A DNA stretch of 64,000 nt from Bdellovibrionales bacterium. GTDB taxonomy: Bacteria > Bdellovibrionota > Bdellovibrionia > Bdellovibrionales > UBA1609. Made by a program: the position numbers and the translations under genes. This document shows, piece after piece, positions 28,557 through 38,003 of the stretch. The notes beneath the pieces are model-generated. The model was not told the origin of the DNA and did not search any database. It saw only the letters and a program-made list of their open reading frames with translations. Position 1 is the stretch's first letter; the number at the start of each line of letters is the position of its first letter. The stretch covers positions 10,747 through 74,746 of the forward strand of contig JBFWVI010000008.1 of the NCBI GenBank assembly GCA_050246815.1, in the 5' to 3' direction.

Positions 28557-28735
28557 AAAAAGAAACAGAGGTCCATTTACGTCGAATCCTGCAAAGGCTC
28601 GAGCAAGCAACGGACAAACTGTTGAGCACGCGCGGCTACGCTCAGGATACGGCTCGTGTTCGGCTACTACAAGAATTAATCAAGGAGCAGATCAATCATG
28701 CGGATTCTAGTTCTACAACTCGCTCGGTTCGGTGA
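28553..28735 (+). CDS. Small helical hypothetical protein
   Basis: RBS GGAGGG; ATGA coupling to the upstream GT9. Confidence 0.45.
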   Translation: MKKETEVHLRRILQRLEQATDKLLSTRGYAQDTARVRLLQELIKEQINHADSSSTTRSVR

Positions 28736-30179
28736 TATTTTCATCACCTGGCCCACGCTGAGGGCTTTGCGGCGCCGCTATCCTGGCGCCGAAATCCATT
28801 TGGTCGTGCGCCAGCGCTTCAGAGCGGCGGCTGGCGACTGCGAAGCGATTGATAAGCTTTGGTGTTTAGACACGGCTCAAATATTGGAACCCCTGTTGAC
28901 CGATCAAGGCGATGTGGACGTGAGTTTGGTGCGCTTGACAGAGTGGACCGAGCTCTTGTCTGAACAGGATTTTGATTTGGTGATCAACCTTTCGTTTTCG
29001 CCGTTTTCAAGTTATCTGACGTCGCTAGTGAGTCACGGTAATGCCGTTGTGCGCGGCTACACGCGCTATAGCGATGGCTTTTTGGCCATACCGGATGACA
29101 CCAGTGCCTACTTTTATGCCCAAGTTGGTGTGGGCCTGAGTAATCGCTACCATTTAGCCGAAGTATTTGCAGCCGTGGCTGATGTCGAATTAAGTGGCGC
29201 CGATTGGAATTTGCCCATGACTTGGCATGCGCAAGAGCGGTTGGTCGGCTGGCAGGAAAAGCAGCCCGAGTTGGCGGGCGATTACATTTTGTTTCACTTG
29301 GGCGCCAGCCAAGCCGAAAAAATTTATCCGGCCTTCAAATGGCACCGGGTGATTTTGGAGCTGCAGCGCCGTTGGCCTGCGCAAATCGTTTTGATCGGCA
29401 GTGCCAGCGAGCAAAACATGGCCGAAGCCGTGCTTGGGGCCGGCGGCTGTGGAAGTGTTTTGAACTTAGTTGGCAAAACTGATTTTTCAGATGTGGGGGC
29501 GTTGATCGCAGGAGCGCAGGTGCTGATCGGGGCCGATAGCGCACCGATGCATCTGGCCGGATTTACCGCCACGCCGTGCCTGAATTTGTCTTTCGCCGCC
29601 GTCAATTTTTGGGAAACCGGACCACGTACTTTGGGCAGTCGAATTTTGGTCGCGGACTCACCCGCTGATTTGCCCTCAGATCGAGTGGTCGCCGAAATTT
29701 TAGCCATGTTGAAGAATCAAAGCAGTCAACGCCCGGTGGTTTATCGCCGATCTCACCAGCCGGTGGGTTACGAATGGCAGGTGGCCGAAGATAACAATCA
29801 ATCTTGGCGTATGATTCAAGCCATTTATTCAGGTGGCGAGTGGCCCGAGGTGCACGACCCCATCATTGTCAAGGCGCTGTGGCAAATGCGCGAAGCGGTG
29901 AATGTGGCGATCACGCAAATCCCGAACTTGCGGAATGTTGAAAAACGGCGTCTTGCCAACGGACTCATCGAGCAAGCCGATTTGGCTATTTATGCTTTAC
30001 GTCGCGTGGTGCCCGAACTTCGGCCTCTGGTTTCTTGGTTCGAAACCGAGCGCTTGCGTTTGGGTCCCATGGATCTCGAGTCGCTGATTGCGCGCACCGG
30101 GGATATCTATGGCCAGCTGCTTGGAGTTTTAAATCTTTATTTGCTACCGATCGATCAACAACGGGAGGCTGAACCATGA
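28698..30179 (+). CDS. Glycosyltransferase family 9 (heptosyltransferase-like), second copy
   Basis: MRILVLQLARFGD...P...LRRRYP, HLGAS..K, NLVGKT, GADSAPMHLA and ETGP motifs. Confidence 0.87.
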   Translation: MRILVLQLARFGDIFITWPTLRALRRRYPGAEIHLVVRQRFRAAAGDCEAIDKLWCLDTAQILEPLLTDQGDVDVSLVRLTEWTELLSEQDFDLVINLSFSPFSSYLTSLVSHGNAVVRGYTRYSDGFLAIPDDTSAYFYAQVGVGLSNRYHLAEVFAAVADVELSGADWNLPMTWHAQERLVGWQEKQPELAGDYILFHLGASQAEKIYPAFKWHRVILELQRRWPAQIVLIGSASEQNMAEAVLGAGGCGSVLNLVGKTDFSDVGALIAGAQVLIGADSAPMHLAGFTATPCLNLSFAAVNFWETGPRTLGSRILVADSPADLPSDRVVAEILAMLKNQSSQRPVVYRRSHQPVGYEWQVAEDNNQSWRMIQAIYSGGEWPEVHDPIIVKALWQMREAVNVAITQIPNLRNVEKRRLANGLIEQADLAIYALRRVVPELRPLVSWFETERLRLGPMDLESLIARTGDIYGQLLGVLNLYLLPIDQQREAEP

Positions 30180-30784
30180 GTGCCGAAAAACTGAGGTTAA
30201 CCGCCGTTGATTTGGCCGGACAAGACTTTTTAAATTGTTCGAGCCTTAAAGATCTTGTGGCGCAAATTGAGACCCAAGTTCGTTCGAAGGGGCGGGTGGT
30301 GTGTTCCGTGGCGGTCAATGGCTTGCATTTAAATGAGGCCGACGAGCTGCGCCTGGGTTCCACACTGAAGCAAGACATTGATTTTATCGAAGTTGAAATC
30401 GAACAGCCCGATCATCTTTTGCGAAGCACGGTGGTTTCTCAGATTGAGTTGATGCAGGAAATCGATCGCGTGGCCCAGGCGGCGGCCGAGGCCTTTCGTC
30501 AGCTTGACCTAAGTCGCGGTCATGATCTTTTGATTTCGATGCTGGATGGTTGTCGTTGGTTCACTGATTCCTTAGTGGCACTGCGCGATGTTTTGCGCTC
30601 GCTTAACACCGAGGGCATGAATGTGGAAGATTGGAAAAAGGCCGAAACCGAGCTGCATGCAGTTCTGAGCCAAGTGCTGGCGGCGGTTGAGAGCAGCGAT
30701 CGGGTTTTGCTGGCGGATATTTTGGAGTATGAACTCGCCAATAGTCTTGAGAAGTGGCACGAACTCCTCAGCAGTCTGCGCTAA
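30176..30784 (+). CDS. Hypothetical protein, last gene of the GT9 operon core
   Basis: D.VLLADILEYEL C-terminal motif; ATGA overlap. Confidence 0.65.
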   Translation: MSAEKLRLTAVDLAGQDFLNCSSLKDLVAQIETQVRSKGRVVCSVAVNGLHLNEADELRLGSTLKQDIDFIEVEIEQPDHLLRSTVVSQIELMQEIDRVAQAAAEAFRQLDLSRGHDLLISMLDGCRWFTDSLVALRDVLRSLNTEGMNVEDWKKAETELHAVLSQVLAAVESSDRVLLADILEYELANSLEKWHELLSSLR

Positions 30785-30798
30785 TGCTATTCTAGGGC

Positions 30799-32775
30799 GT
30801 GCAAGATCTGCAGTTGCCCAAAACAATTTATTTTCTAGGCAAGGGCTCGGTCCCGCCGGGATGGCAAGAGGGGCTTCGTCAATTGGGCGTGGAGTTTGAC
30901 ACCAAAGCGTCGGCCATTGCGCTGTTACCGCTGGATCTAAAAATTGCGAAGATTCACGAAAAAGTCCAAGCTCACCGCGATCAGCATCCCGTCGCGGTTT
31001 TGCTGGGGGTTGGCAGCAGCGCCCAGCTTAAAGATATTGGTCAAATTTTGGCGGATAATTTAATCGACTTGGTCGTGGATCAAGCCTCAAGCCCTGCGGA
31101 ACTGGCAGAAACCTTAAAAGCGGCTCAGCGCCTGCTGCAGCGCCGTCAGACGGCCTATCAGGATTTGTTGAAAACCCGGGATCACAATCGAAAGCTTGAG
31201 CAGCTAGGTGAAGGGTTGGAAGGAGCGGTTCGGGAGCGCACCCAAACCGCAGCCGATTCAAAGGCCGAAGTTGAAAAGCGCGTCACGCAGCTGCGTGAAC
31301 TGCTTCGCTTCATGCAAGATTTGGCTCACGCCACCGCGCCGGAAGATGTTTTAAAATTTCTGCGTCGCGAACTTAAAGTCTATCATCGGGTCAGTGAACC
31401 CATTTTGGCTTTTGCCCTAAGTTCTGGCGAGCGCAGGCTGATTTATTTTCGTAGCGGCCAGGTGCTTGAGCGTCGCGCGAACCAATCGTGGCCGCAAAGT
31501 TTAAGGCTCAGGCGAAACGACGCGGCGGATTCGCAGTATTTGGCGGATGAGTTTGGTCGTCCTGTGAATCGGGTGCTGGCCATTCCCTTAATCGCGCGTA
31601 AGACCGGCGGCGAGCAATTGCAGCCCACGCTGTTTTTTGAGCATCAGCTCAAGGATCACGAAATTGATCAGTTTTTGCACTTTATAGGCGATCGTTTGCA
31701 AGTGGTCAGTGTTGCCTTGGACCGCCTGCTGCTCGAATTTGACTTGCGCTCCGCCACCTACCTTTGGGAACACACCTTTGACGGTCTGGAGGACCCGGTG
31801 GCCATCGTCGATGTGGATTTTCATCTGATGCGCAGCAATCGAGCCTTTATCAGCCATGTTGGCCATCAAAGTTGTCACCTGAGCTTCAATAAGCAAGACG
31901 CAGCTTGTGCGGGCTGTCCGGTGCAGGAAGCTTTAAACAAAGGCGAAGCCGTACGTGGCGTGGTCCGTCGTGGCAGTGAAATGTTCGCGGTTCATAGTTA
32001 CCCCATTTTGATGGAGCCTGGTGAGCGCCCCACCACAGTGGTGAACCACTACCTGAATGTGACCGAGGACTTGGGACTGCATGAGCGCATGGTGCAGACT
32101 GAAAAAATGGCCGCATTGGGGCATTTGGCGGGCCACATCGCCCACGAATTGAATAATCCGTTAACAGGCATACGCAGCCTGGCGCAACTCTGGTTGCAGC
32201 AAAAAATAGAACCGACAAGCGTAAAAGAGGATTTTAGTGAAATCGAAAAGGCCGCCGAGCGTTCTCAAGCGATTATCGCCAATCTGTTGCAATTCGCCAC
32301 AGCCAATGACACTGAGCAAGTGGACAAGGTGGATTTGAAGTTGATCGTGCAGCGCACATTGCCGTTGTTAAAAACCGCTTTGAGCTCGCATCAAGTCGAA
32401 GTGGATTTGGGCGATGAGCAGGCGTGGACCCGCGTTGCACCGCAGTTGATGCAACAAGTTGTGTTTAACTTGCTTAAAAATGCCTGCCAAGCATTGTCAA
32501 GAAAAGGTCAAATTGAAGTTCAACTGTCCGCAACCGGTCAGGGTGGAAAAAACTATTGGCAATTAACCATCCGTGATAGCGGAGTCGGCATCGCGGCTGA
32601 ACACTTAGAAACTATTTTTAGCCCCTTTTACACCACCAAAACGGAAGGTGAGGGCACGGGCCTGGGCTTAAGTTTAAGCCGAAGCCTGGTGCGCCGCTTT
32701 GGAGGCGACATCGCTGTGTCCTCGACAGTGGGTGTGGGTACGGAATTTAAGGTTTTGCTGCCCAGGGAGTCTTAA
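30799..32775 (+). CDS. Sensor histidine kinase (PAS, HisKA, HATPase)
   Basis: EKMAALG.LAG.IAHELNNPL, N-box, D.G.GI and F.PFYTTK..G.GTGLGL motifs. Confidence 0.92.
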   Translation: MQDLQLPKTIYFLGKGSVPPGWQEGLRQLGVEFDTKASAIALLPLDLKIAKIHEKVQAHRDQHPVAVLLGVGSSAQLKDIGQILADNLIDLVVDQASSPAELAETLKAAQRLLQRRQTAYQDLLKTRDHNRKLEQLGEGLEGAVRERTQTAADSKAEVEKRVTQLRELLRFMQDLAHATAPEDVLKFLRRELKVYHRVSEPILAFALSSGERRLIYFRSGQVLERRANQSWPQSLRLRRNDAADSQYLADEFGRPVNRVLAIPLIARKTGGEQLQPTLFFEHQLKDHEIDQFLHFIGDRLQVVSVALDRLLLEFDLRSATYLWEHTFDGLEDPVAIVDVDFHLMRSNRAFISHVGHQSCHLSFNKQDAACAGCPVQEALNKGEAVRGVVRRGSEMFAVHSYPILMEPGERPTTVVNHYLNVTEDLGLHERMVQTEKMAALGHLAGHIAHELNNPLTGIRSLAQLWLQQKIEPTSVKEDFSEIEKAAERSQAIIANLLQFATANDTEQVDKVDLKLIVQRTLPLLKTALSSHQVEVDLGDEQAWTRVAPQLMQQVVFNLLKNACQALSRKGQIEVQLSATGQGGKNYWQLTIRDSGVGIAAEHLETIFSPFYTTKTEGEGTGLGLSLSRSLVRRFGGDIAVSSTVGVGTEFKVLLPRES

Positions 32776-32780
32776 AGGTT

Positions 32781-33161
32781 ATGAAAATTCTTGTGGTGGA
32801 TGACGAGCCCGCGGTGCGGCTTTCATTAAAACGCGTCCTGATGCTTCAAGGCCACGAAGTGCGTGAAGCCGAGGACGGACTAAAGGGTGTGCAGCTTTGG
32901 CGCGAATGGAATCCTGATCTGGTGCTGCTGGATGTTTTGATGCCGGGGCTGACGGGTCCTGCTGTGCTGCAAGAAATCGGGCAACCAAAGTTTGCGAAAG
33001 TGTTGTTGATGTCGGCCTATGCGGGCGATTATGATTTAGAAAAGGTCAAAGCGATGGGCGCGGATCATTTTCTGGCTAAACCCTTCGCGAATATTTTTGA
33101 CGTAGTCAAAGTTGTCGAGGCAATTGGAAGTGGCAAAAACGAATCAGCCCGTTCAAATTAA
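32781..33161 (+). CDS. Single-domain response regulator
   Basis: ILVVDDE, LLDV.MPG..G, SA and KPF motifs. Confidence 0.92.
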   Translation: MKILVVDDEPAVRLSLKRVLMLQGHEVREAEDGLKGVQLWREWNPDLVLLDVLMPGLTGPAVLQEIGQPKFAKVLLMSAYAGDYDLEKVKAMGADHFLAKPFANIFDVVKVVEAIGSGKNESARSN

Positions 33162-33495
33162 GAAGGTCAGCCCGTATCCGTTCACAGCCGCGCTGGAAGG
33201 CGAAGGCAAAAAAATGAACCTGCAGATTCGAAAGCTGACCATGCAGGGTTTTATCGCGCAACTGCCACAAGGTTTTGTCAAAGTCGGTGAAGAATACAAG
33301 ACCCAAATGGAGCTGCCCGTGATGGCCCACTGGGTTGTGAGCATGGTCAAGGTGATAAAAACCTATGACCAGTTTCAAAGCAAAGACAATCCGGCCACAA
33401 AGGTCGAACGCTTGGCGGAATTTCATTTTCTGAATTTAAGCGACGACCACAAGGGCAACATCAATCGATTTTTAACCGCGATTCGCCAGGTTTAG
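33112..33495 (+). CDS. Hypothetical protein, PilZ-like C-terminus
   Basis: EFHFLNLS....I..FL resembles the PilZ end; no RxxxR. Confidence 0.5.
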   Translation: MSRQLEVAKTNQPVQIKKVSPYPFTAALEGEGKKMNLQIRKLTMQGFIAQLPQGFVKVGEEYKTQMELPVMAHWVVSMVKVIKTYDQFQSKDNPATKVERLAEFHFLNLSDDHKGNINRFLTAIRQV

Positions 33496-33500
33496 ATCAA

Positions 33501-34046
33501 GTGCGCATCATTGCCGGCAAATTTAAGGGCCATCGATTGGTCAGCTTTTCGGCCCATCATTTGCGCCCGACCACGGACCGGGTCAAAGAAAGCATTTTCA
33601 ACAAATTGCAGATGACCACGCCGGGCAGCCGATTTTTGGATTTGTTCGCGGGTACCGGGGCCCTTTCGATCGAGGCGCTGTCGCGCGATGCCGCCGAAGT
33701 GGTCAGCGTTGAAAGCAATCCAAAATCACTCAAAATCATTCGTGAGAACTTAGAAAAGCTCAAAATCAGCACCGGGGTTGAAATTCAGCCCCTAGACGTT
33801 TTCAAATACCTGCAGCGTTACAAAGGGGCGGCCTTTGATGTGGTGTTGGCCGATCCGCCTTTTACCCAAAAATTGGCCGATCAAGTGATGCAGGCCATCG
33901 CCGGCTCGGCCGTCATTGGCCCCGGCACTGTTGTGGTTGTGGAGGCCAGCGCCCACGAAACTATGCAGGATTCTTACCCGCCATTGGTTTTAACTGACCG
34001 AAAAGACTACGGTGACAAATTGGTCTCCTTTTTCGCTTGTCCCTAA
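33501..34046 (+). CDS. rsmD: 16S rRNA m2G966 methyltransferase
   Basis: MRIIAG.FKG, RPT.DRVKES.FN, LDLFAG.GAL.IEALSR and DPPF motifs. Confidence 0.94.
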   Translation: MRIIAGKFKGHRLVSFSAHHLRPTTDRVKESIFNKLQMTTPGSRFLDLFAGTGALSIEALSRDAAEVVSVESNPKSLKIIRENLEKLKISTGVEIQPLDVFKYLQRYKGAAFDVVLADPPFTQKLADQVMQAIAGSAVIGPGTVVVVEASAHETMQDSYPPLVLTDRKDYGDKLVSFFACP

Positions 34047-34074
34047 ACAGGGGCCCGGTTAGAACCAGGCTCAA

Positions 34075-34587
34075 ATGTCAAAGTCTGGCGCCAAATCCAT
34101 CGCCCTCTACCCCGGCAGTTTCGACCCCATCACTTTGGGGCATGTGGACATCATTCACCGCTTGGCCGGTTTTTATCAGGAGATCGTGGTGCTGGTGGCC
34201 AACTCGCCAGCAAAATCACAGATGTTCACCACGGCCGAGCGAGCAAAGTTAATCAAGGCCAGCCTGCCCGATGTCAAAAATGTGCGAGTTGAAGTGTTTG
34301 ATGGCCTGACGGTGGATTATGCGCGCAAAGTGGGTGCCAAGGTGATCTTACGTGGACTACGCGCGGTGGTGGATTTTGAGTACGAATTCGCCATGGCCAA
34401 TATGAACCGAAAGCTGGCGCCGGATCTTGAGACCATGATTGTTTTCACCCGTACCGAGTACAGTTTTGTCTCTTCGCGCATGGTGAAAGAAGTCGCTCTT
34501 TATGGTGGCGCGTTGGATTCATTGGTGCCACCGCCGGTGGCGAAAGCATTAAATGCTCGTGTTGCAGAATTGAAAGGCAAATCATGA
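34075..34587 (+). CDS. coaD: Pantetheine-phosphate adenylyltransferase
   Basis: YPGSFDPITLGH, RGLR...DFEYE and SS..VKE motifs. Confidence 0.96.
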   Translation: MSKSGAKSIALYPGSFDPITLGHVDIIHRLAGFYQEIVVLVANSPAKSQMFTTAERAKLIKASLPDVKNVRVEVFDGLTVDYARKVGAKVILRGLRAVVDFEYEFAMANMNRKLAPDLETMIVFTRTEYSFVSSRMVKEVALYGGALDSLVPPPVAKALNARVAELKGKS

Positions 34588-35786
34588 TCAAGTTAGCCAA
34601 TCGTGCCAGCGCTTTAAAACCTTCACCCACACTGGCCTTAGCGGCCAAAGCCAAGGAACTCGCCGCAAAGGGCAATGACGTGATTTCGCTGACCGTTGGT
34701 GAACCTGATTGGGACACCTTCCCTCGCATCAAACAAGCCGCGATTGAAGCCCTTGAAAAAGGTCAAACCAAATACGCGCCAGCCAATGGTACGCCAGAGC
34801 TTCGCCAGATCATTGCCACACGCACGTCCAATGAACTGGGTGTGACTTATGGTGCCAACCAAGTCACGGTCACCGCCGGAGGCAAGATGGTGGTGTTTGC
34901 GGCACTGCAGGTGCTTTGCAATCCTGGCGACGAAGTGATTGTGCCGGCACCCTTTTGGGTTAGCTATCCACCTATGGCCGAGTTGGCGGGGGCCGTGCCG
35001 ATCATCGTGGATTGCCCGGCTGCTGCGGGTTTCAAAATGACTGCGGCTCAATTGTCGCAAGCCATCACCCCGCGCACGAAAGTTTTGATTATGAATTCGC
35101 CATCTAATCCTACAGGTGAAATGTATTCGCGCGAAGAGCTTATGGCGTTGGCCGACGTGTTGAAGCGCCACCCTCATGTGGTGGTCTTAAGTGACGACAT
35201 TTACAATCGTCTGACCTTAACTGGTGAAGAATTGGCGCCGCACCTTTTGCATGTGGCGCCTGAACTTCAGGCCCGGGTGGTGGTGATCAATGGCGCTTCA
35301 AAAACCTATTCGATGACCGGCTGGCGTTTGGGGTGGGCGGTCGGTGAGGCCGCCGTGATTGGCGCCATGACCAATTATTTTAGCCAATCGGTTTCATGTG
35401 CCGCGCCCTTCGCGCAAATCGGAATTTTAGCCGGTTTGAAAGAGGGAGACGCCGACGTGCAAAATGCGGTGAAGAAGTTGCGCGAGCGCAGTCAAAGTGC
35501 ACTTTCGGCTTTGCGCGATGTGCCCGGCATCGAAGTCGCGGCGCCCGCCGGCGCGTTTTATTTTTGGCCTTCGATTCAAAAGTACATCGGCAAATCCTTT
35601 AAAGGCCAGCGCATCAATGGCAGCCGCGAGTTCGCCGAATTTCTTTTGCAAGAAGAGATGGTGGCTGTGGTGCCCGGAGTCGAGTTTGGCTCTGAAGGTT
35701 ATGTTCGGCTCAGTTTTGTCATTGCCGAGGCGCGCTGGCAGCAGGCGATGCAGAGATTGTCTAATTTTGTTAAGAACTTAACATAG
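34584..35786 (+). CDS. PLP-dependent class I/II (aspartate) aminotransferase
   Basis: GEPD, NSPSNPTG, DDIY and SKTYSMTGWRLG motifs. Confidence 0.93.
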   Translation: MIKLANRASALKPSPTLALAAKAKELAAKGNDVISLTVGEPDWDTFPRIKQAAIEALEKGQTKYAPANGTPELRQIIATRTSNELGVTYGANQVTVTAGGKMVVFAALQVLCNPGDEVIVPAPFWVSYPPMAELAGAVPIIVDCPAAAGFKMTAAQLSQAITPRTKVLIMNSPSNPTGEMYSREELMALADVLKRHPHVVVLSDDIYNRLTLTGEELAPHLLHVAPELQARVVVINGASKTYSMTGWRLGWAVGEAAVIGAMTNYFSQSVSCAAPFAQIGILAGLKEGDADVQNAVKKLRERSQSALSALRDVPGIEVAAPAGAFYFWPSIQKYIGKSFKGQRINGSREFAEFLLQEEMVAVVPGVEFGSEGYVRLSFVIAEARWQQAMQRLSNFVKNLT

Positions 35787-35902
35787 GGCGCCCAGTCGCC
35801 CAGTTGTCTTTGACCACGATCTTTAGGCGCGGTGCGAGCCACTTGCCGTCTGGGTTCTGGTCGGCCTACACTTGCAGGCGCCACTCACACAAGAGGTGAA
35901 AG

Positions 35903-36436
35903 ATGATTCGCTTATTTACACTTTGTTCCGCGCTTGTTTTGACGCTGTTGTCAGCCACGATGGCCGAAGCTCAGGCCAAAGGTTATGCCGGTCTTTTGCT
36001 GGGTATGAGCGTGCCCGATGCCGATGACACTTCGGCGCGACCGATGTACGGCGTGCAGGGTGGAGCCCGCTTGGATGGCGAGTTCGGTCTTGGTGCTTTT
36101 TATTTAACTTCGAAGAAAGAAGAAACGGTCAATGCTGTCAAAACGGACTATGATTACAACCTCTACGGTCTTGAAGGTTCATTTCATTTCGAGGGCGTAG
36201 CCGATGGTGCTTACATCGCCGCTCGCATCGGTTTAGCCAAAGTGGATGTGGGCACGGTGAACTACAGTCCCATGATCTGGGGGCTGCTGTTCGGTTATGA
36301 CCACTTCTTAAGCGAAAAATTCTCGTTGGGCATTGAGGGTGGCTTTACCTCGGTGCAAGGTGATGACAACGGCACCAACAATTTGGACGGGTTCACGATG
36401 CTGAACTTCCTGGTCGCCGCGAAGATGTGGTTCTGA
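35903..36436 (+). CDS. Small outer-membrane beta-barrel protein
   Basis: Signal peptide ending AQA; 8-strand-like pattern; C-terminal MWF. Confidence 0.75.
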   Translation: MIRLFTLCSALVLTLLSATMAEAQAKGYAGLLLGMSVPDADDTSARPMYGVQGGARLDGEFGLGAFYLTSKKEETVNAVKTDYDYNLYGLEGSFHFEGVADGAYIAARIGLAKVDVGTVNYSPMIWGLLFGYDHFLSEKFSLGIEGGFTSVQGDDNGTNNLDGFTMLNFLVAAKMWF

Positions 36437-36542
36437 GGCGGAGGGCTGGCGCGCGTAGCCATGGTTTATAAAAGCCCAAATTCGTCACACTGTCAGGATC
36501 ATGACAGGTGAAGCAACTCGGTAAATCTGGTACTTTGGTTCC

Positions 36543-37610
36543 ATGAAAAGGTATCGGACCTTATCGGCGTTTTTTCTATGCATTTGTTGCGCGGTTGTGC
36601 AGGCCACACCTGACAACCCAAATCCACAGATGCTCTCACGGAAGCATCTGACTTCGGTGGTTCGGTATCTTTCGCATGTTGCGGAATATTATGCTTACAC
36701 AAACCAGGCTGAGCGCCAGAAAATTGCAAGCTCCGGCGAAGGTCAGCAGATGGATAGCTTCTTACAGAGATTCGGCGGGCCCGCCAACGCCCCCGTTCGA
36801 AATTCTGCGCGGTGGATACTAACGTTCTTAGAAAGAGATACTATTTTTATCAATAGACCCACGGAACTTCGGGAAGATCAAAAAAATGGCGGCAATACTT
36901 TAGCCCAGCCCCTTACACCCATGGAAAATTGGGACGCAGCCGATCGAAGTGCTCGTTATTCGTCGGATGTTCGCATCAGGGCCAAAAAGATCATTCTTGC
37001 TCAACCGGATAATGGTTACATTCTCACCTTAGAAACCCAAGGGGCCTCCTCGAGTGTCTCTGACTATGGGTACAAGGGCAGCCTTTTTCTGACAATCGCG
37101 CAACCCATAGAACAGATCTTTCAGGCTTCGAACGCGGAGTACTTGGCGTCCGCAAAACAAGTCATGGCGCCTGTGAATCAGATGAATCTTTCCAAGAATT
37201 TTAAAAATGCGGTGATGCGATATCCCGGACTCACAGCGGCTTTGCTTGAGATGGCAGACTTCGAATCTGAGCAAATGCAAAACTTTCAAATTCAATTGTT
37301 GGTTCGCGATTACAAAGCCGAAGCGGATGCGCTTTTTTCAAGCTCAATCAAGGCGGCAGAATTCTCAGGATGGCAAGTCTTGGGTTATAGTCACGGGCTC
37401 GCCCGAAGCCGTGATGGAAAGTATTATCTTTTGCATACGCTGGAATTTTTCTCCACAACCTGGGCCAACGAAGTGGTGGGCTTGATCCTTGAAATTGCCA
37501 AAAGGCTGCCGACGCAAGACAAAATCGTGCATTTCAGGCCCATTGAAAATGTATGTGGTCAGTTCTTAAAAGAAGGGTCGCACGAATCACAAAAGCCGAC
37601 TTTAAATTAG
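36543..37610 (+). CDS. Orphan secreted hypothetical protein
   Basis: 355 aa; Sec signal; visibly more AT-rich than flanking core genes. Confidence 0.65.
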   Translation: MKRYRTLSAFFLCICCAVVQATPDNPNPQMLSRKHLTSVVRYLSHVAEYYAYTNQAERQKIASSGEGQQMDSFLQRFGGPANAPVRNSARWILTFLERDTIFINRPTELREDQKNGGNTLAQPLTPMENWDAADRSARYSSDVRIRAKKIILAQPDNGYILTLETQGASSSVSDYGYKGSLFLTIAQPIEQIFQASNAEYLASAKQVMAPVNQMNLSKNFKNAVMRYPGLTAALLEMADFESEQMQNFQIQLLVRDYKAEADALFSSSIKAAEFSGWQVLGYSHGLARSRDGKYYLLHTLEFFSTTWANEVVGLILEIAKRLPTQDKIVHFRPIENVCGQFLKEGSHESQKPTLN

Positions 37611-37850
37611 AACTTCGCCAGTTCGATGGGTGCCATCAAGTCTAATAAATTCACCTGTGTCTTGATCAACATCGATGCTTTCAATTTTCACCGCATCAAA
37701 CGCTCTGTCGTAAACAATTTGTCCGACTTTGATTCCACAATAACTGTTGATCTTTGCCGGCGGATTTAAGCGAATGAATTTACCCTCTGCTTCAGATTCG
37801 TAATTGTGACCTCTCCGGATCGGTACCGTCCCCTTAAAAAATTCGCCCAA
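37602..37850 (-). CDS. Possible small protein or gene fragment
   Basis: 82-aa ORF from TTG; frame stays open upstream without an ATG. Confidence 0.3.
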   Translation of the reverse strand: MGEFFKGTVPIRRGHNYESEAEGKFIRLNPPAKINSYCGIKVGQIVYDRAFDAVKIESIDVDQDTGEFIRLDGTHRTGEVLI

Positions 37851-38003
37851 TTTGAACGGGATTGAGTAGGGGAGGACAGCTCTTTTAGAGGCGCAAAATC
37901 GTCACAGTGATCCCACGGCAGACACTAAAAGAAGGCCCTAAAACGTTATTATCCAGCATTGCGCGATATCAAATGCGGTACAGTCATTGCACTCAATCGA
38001 CCC

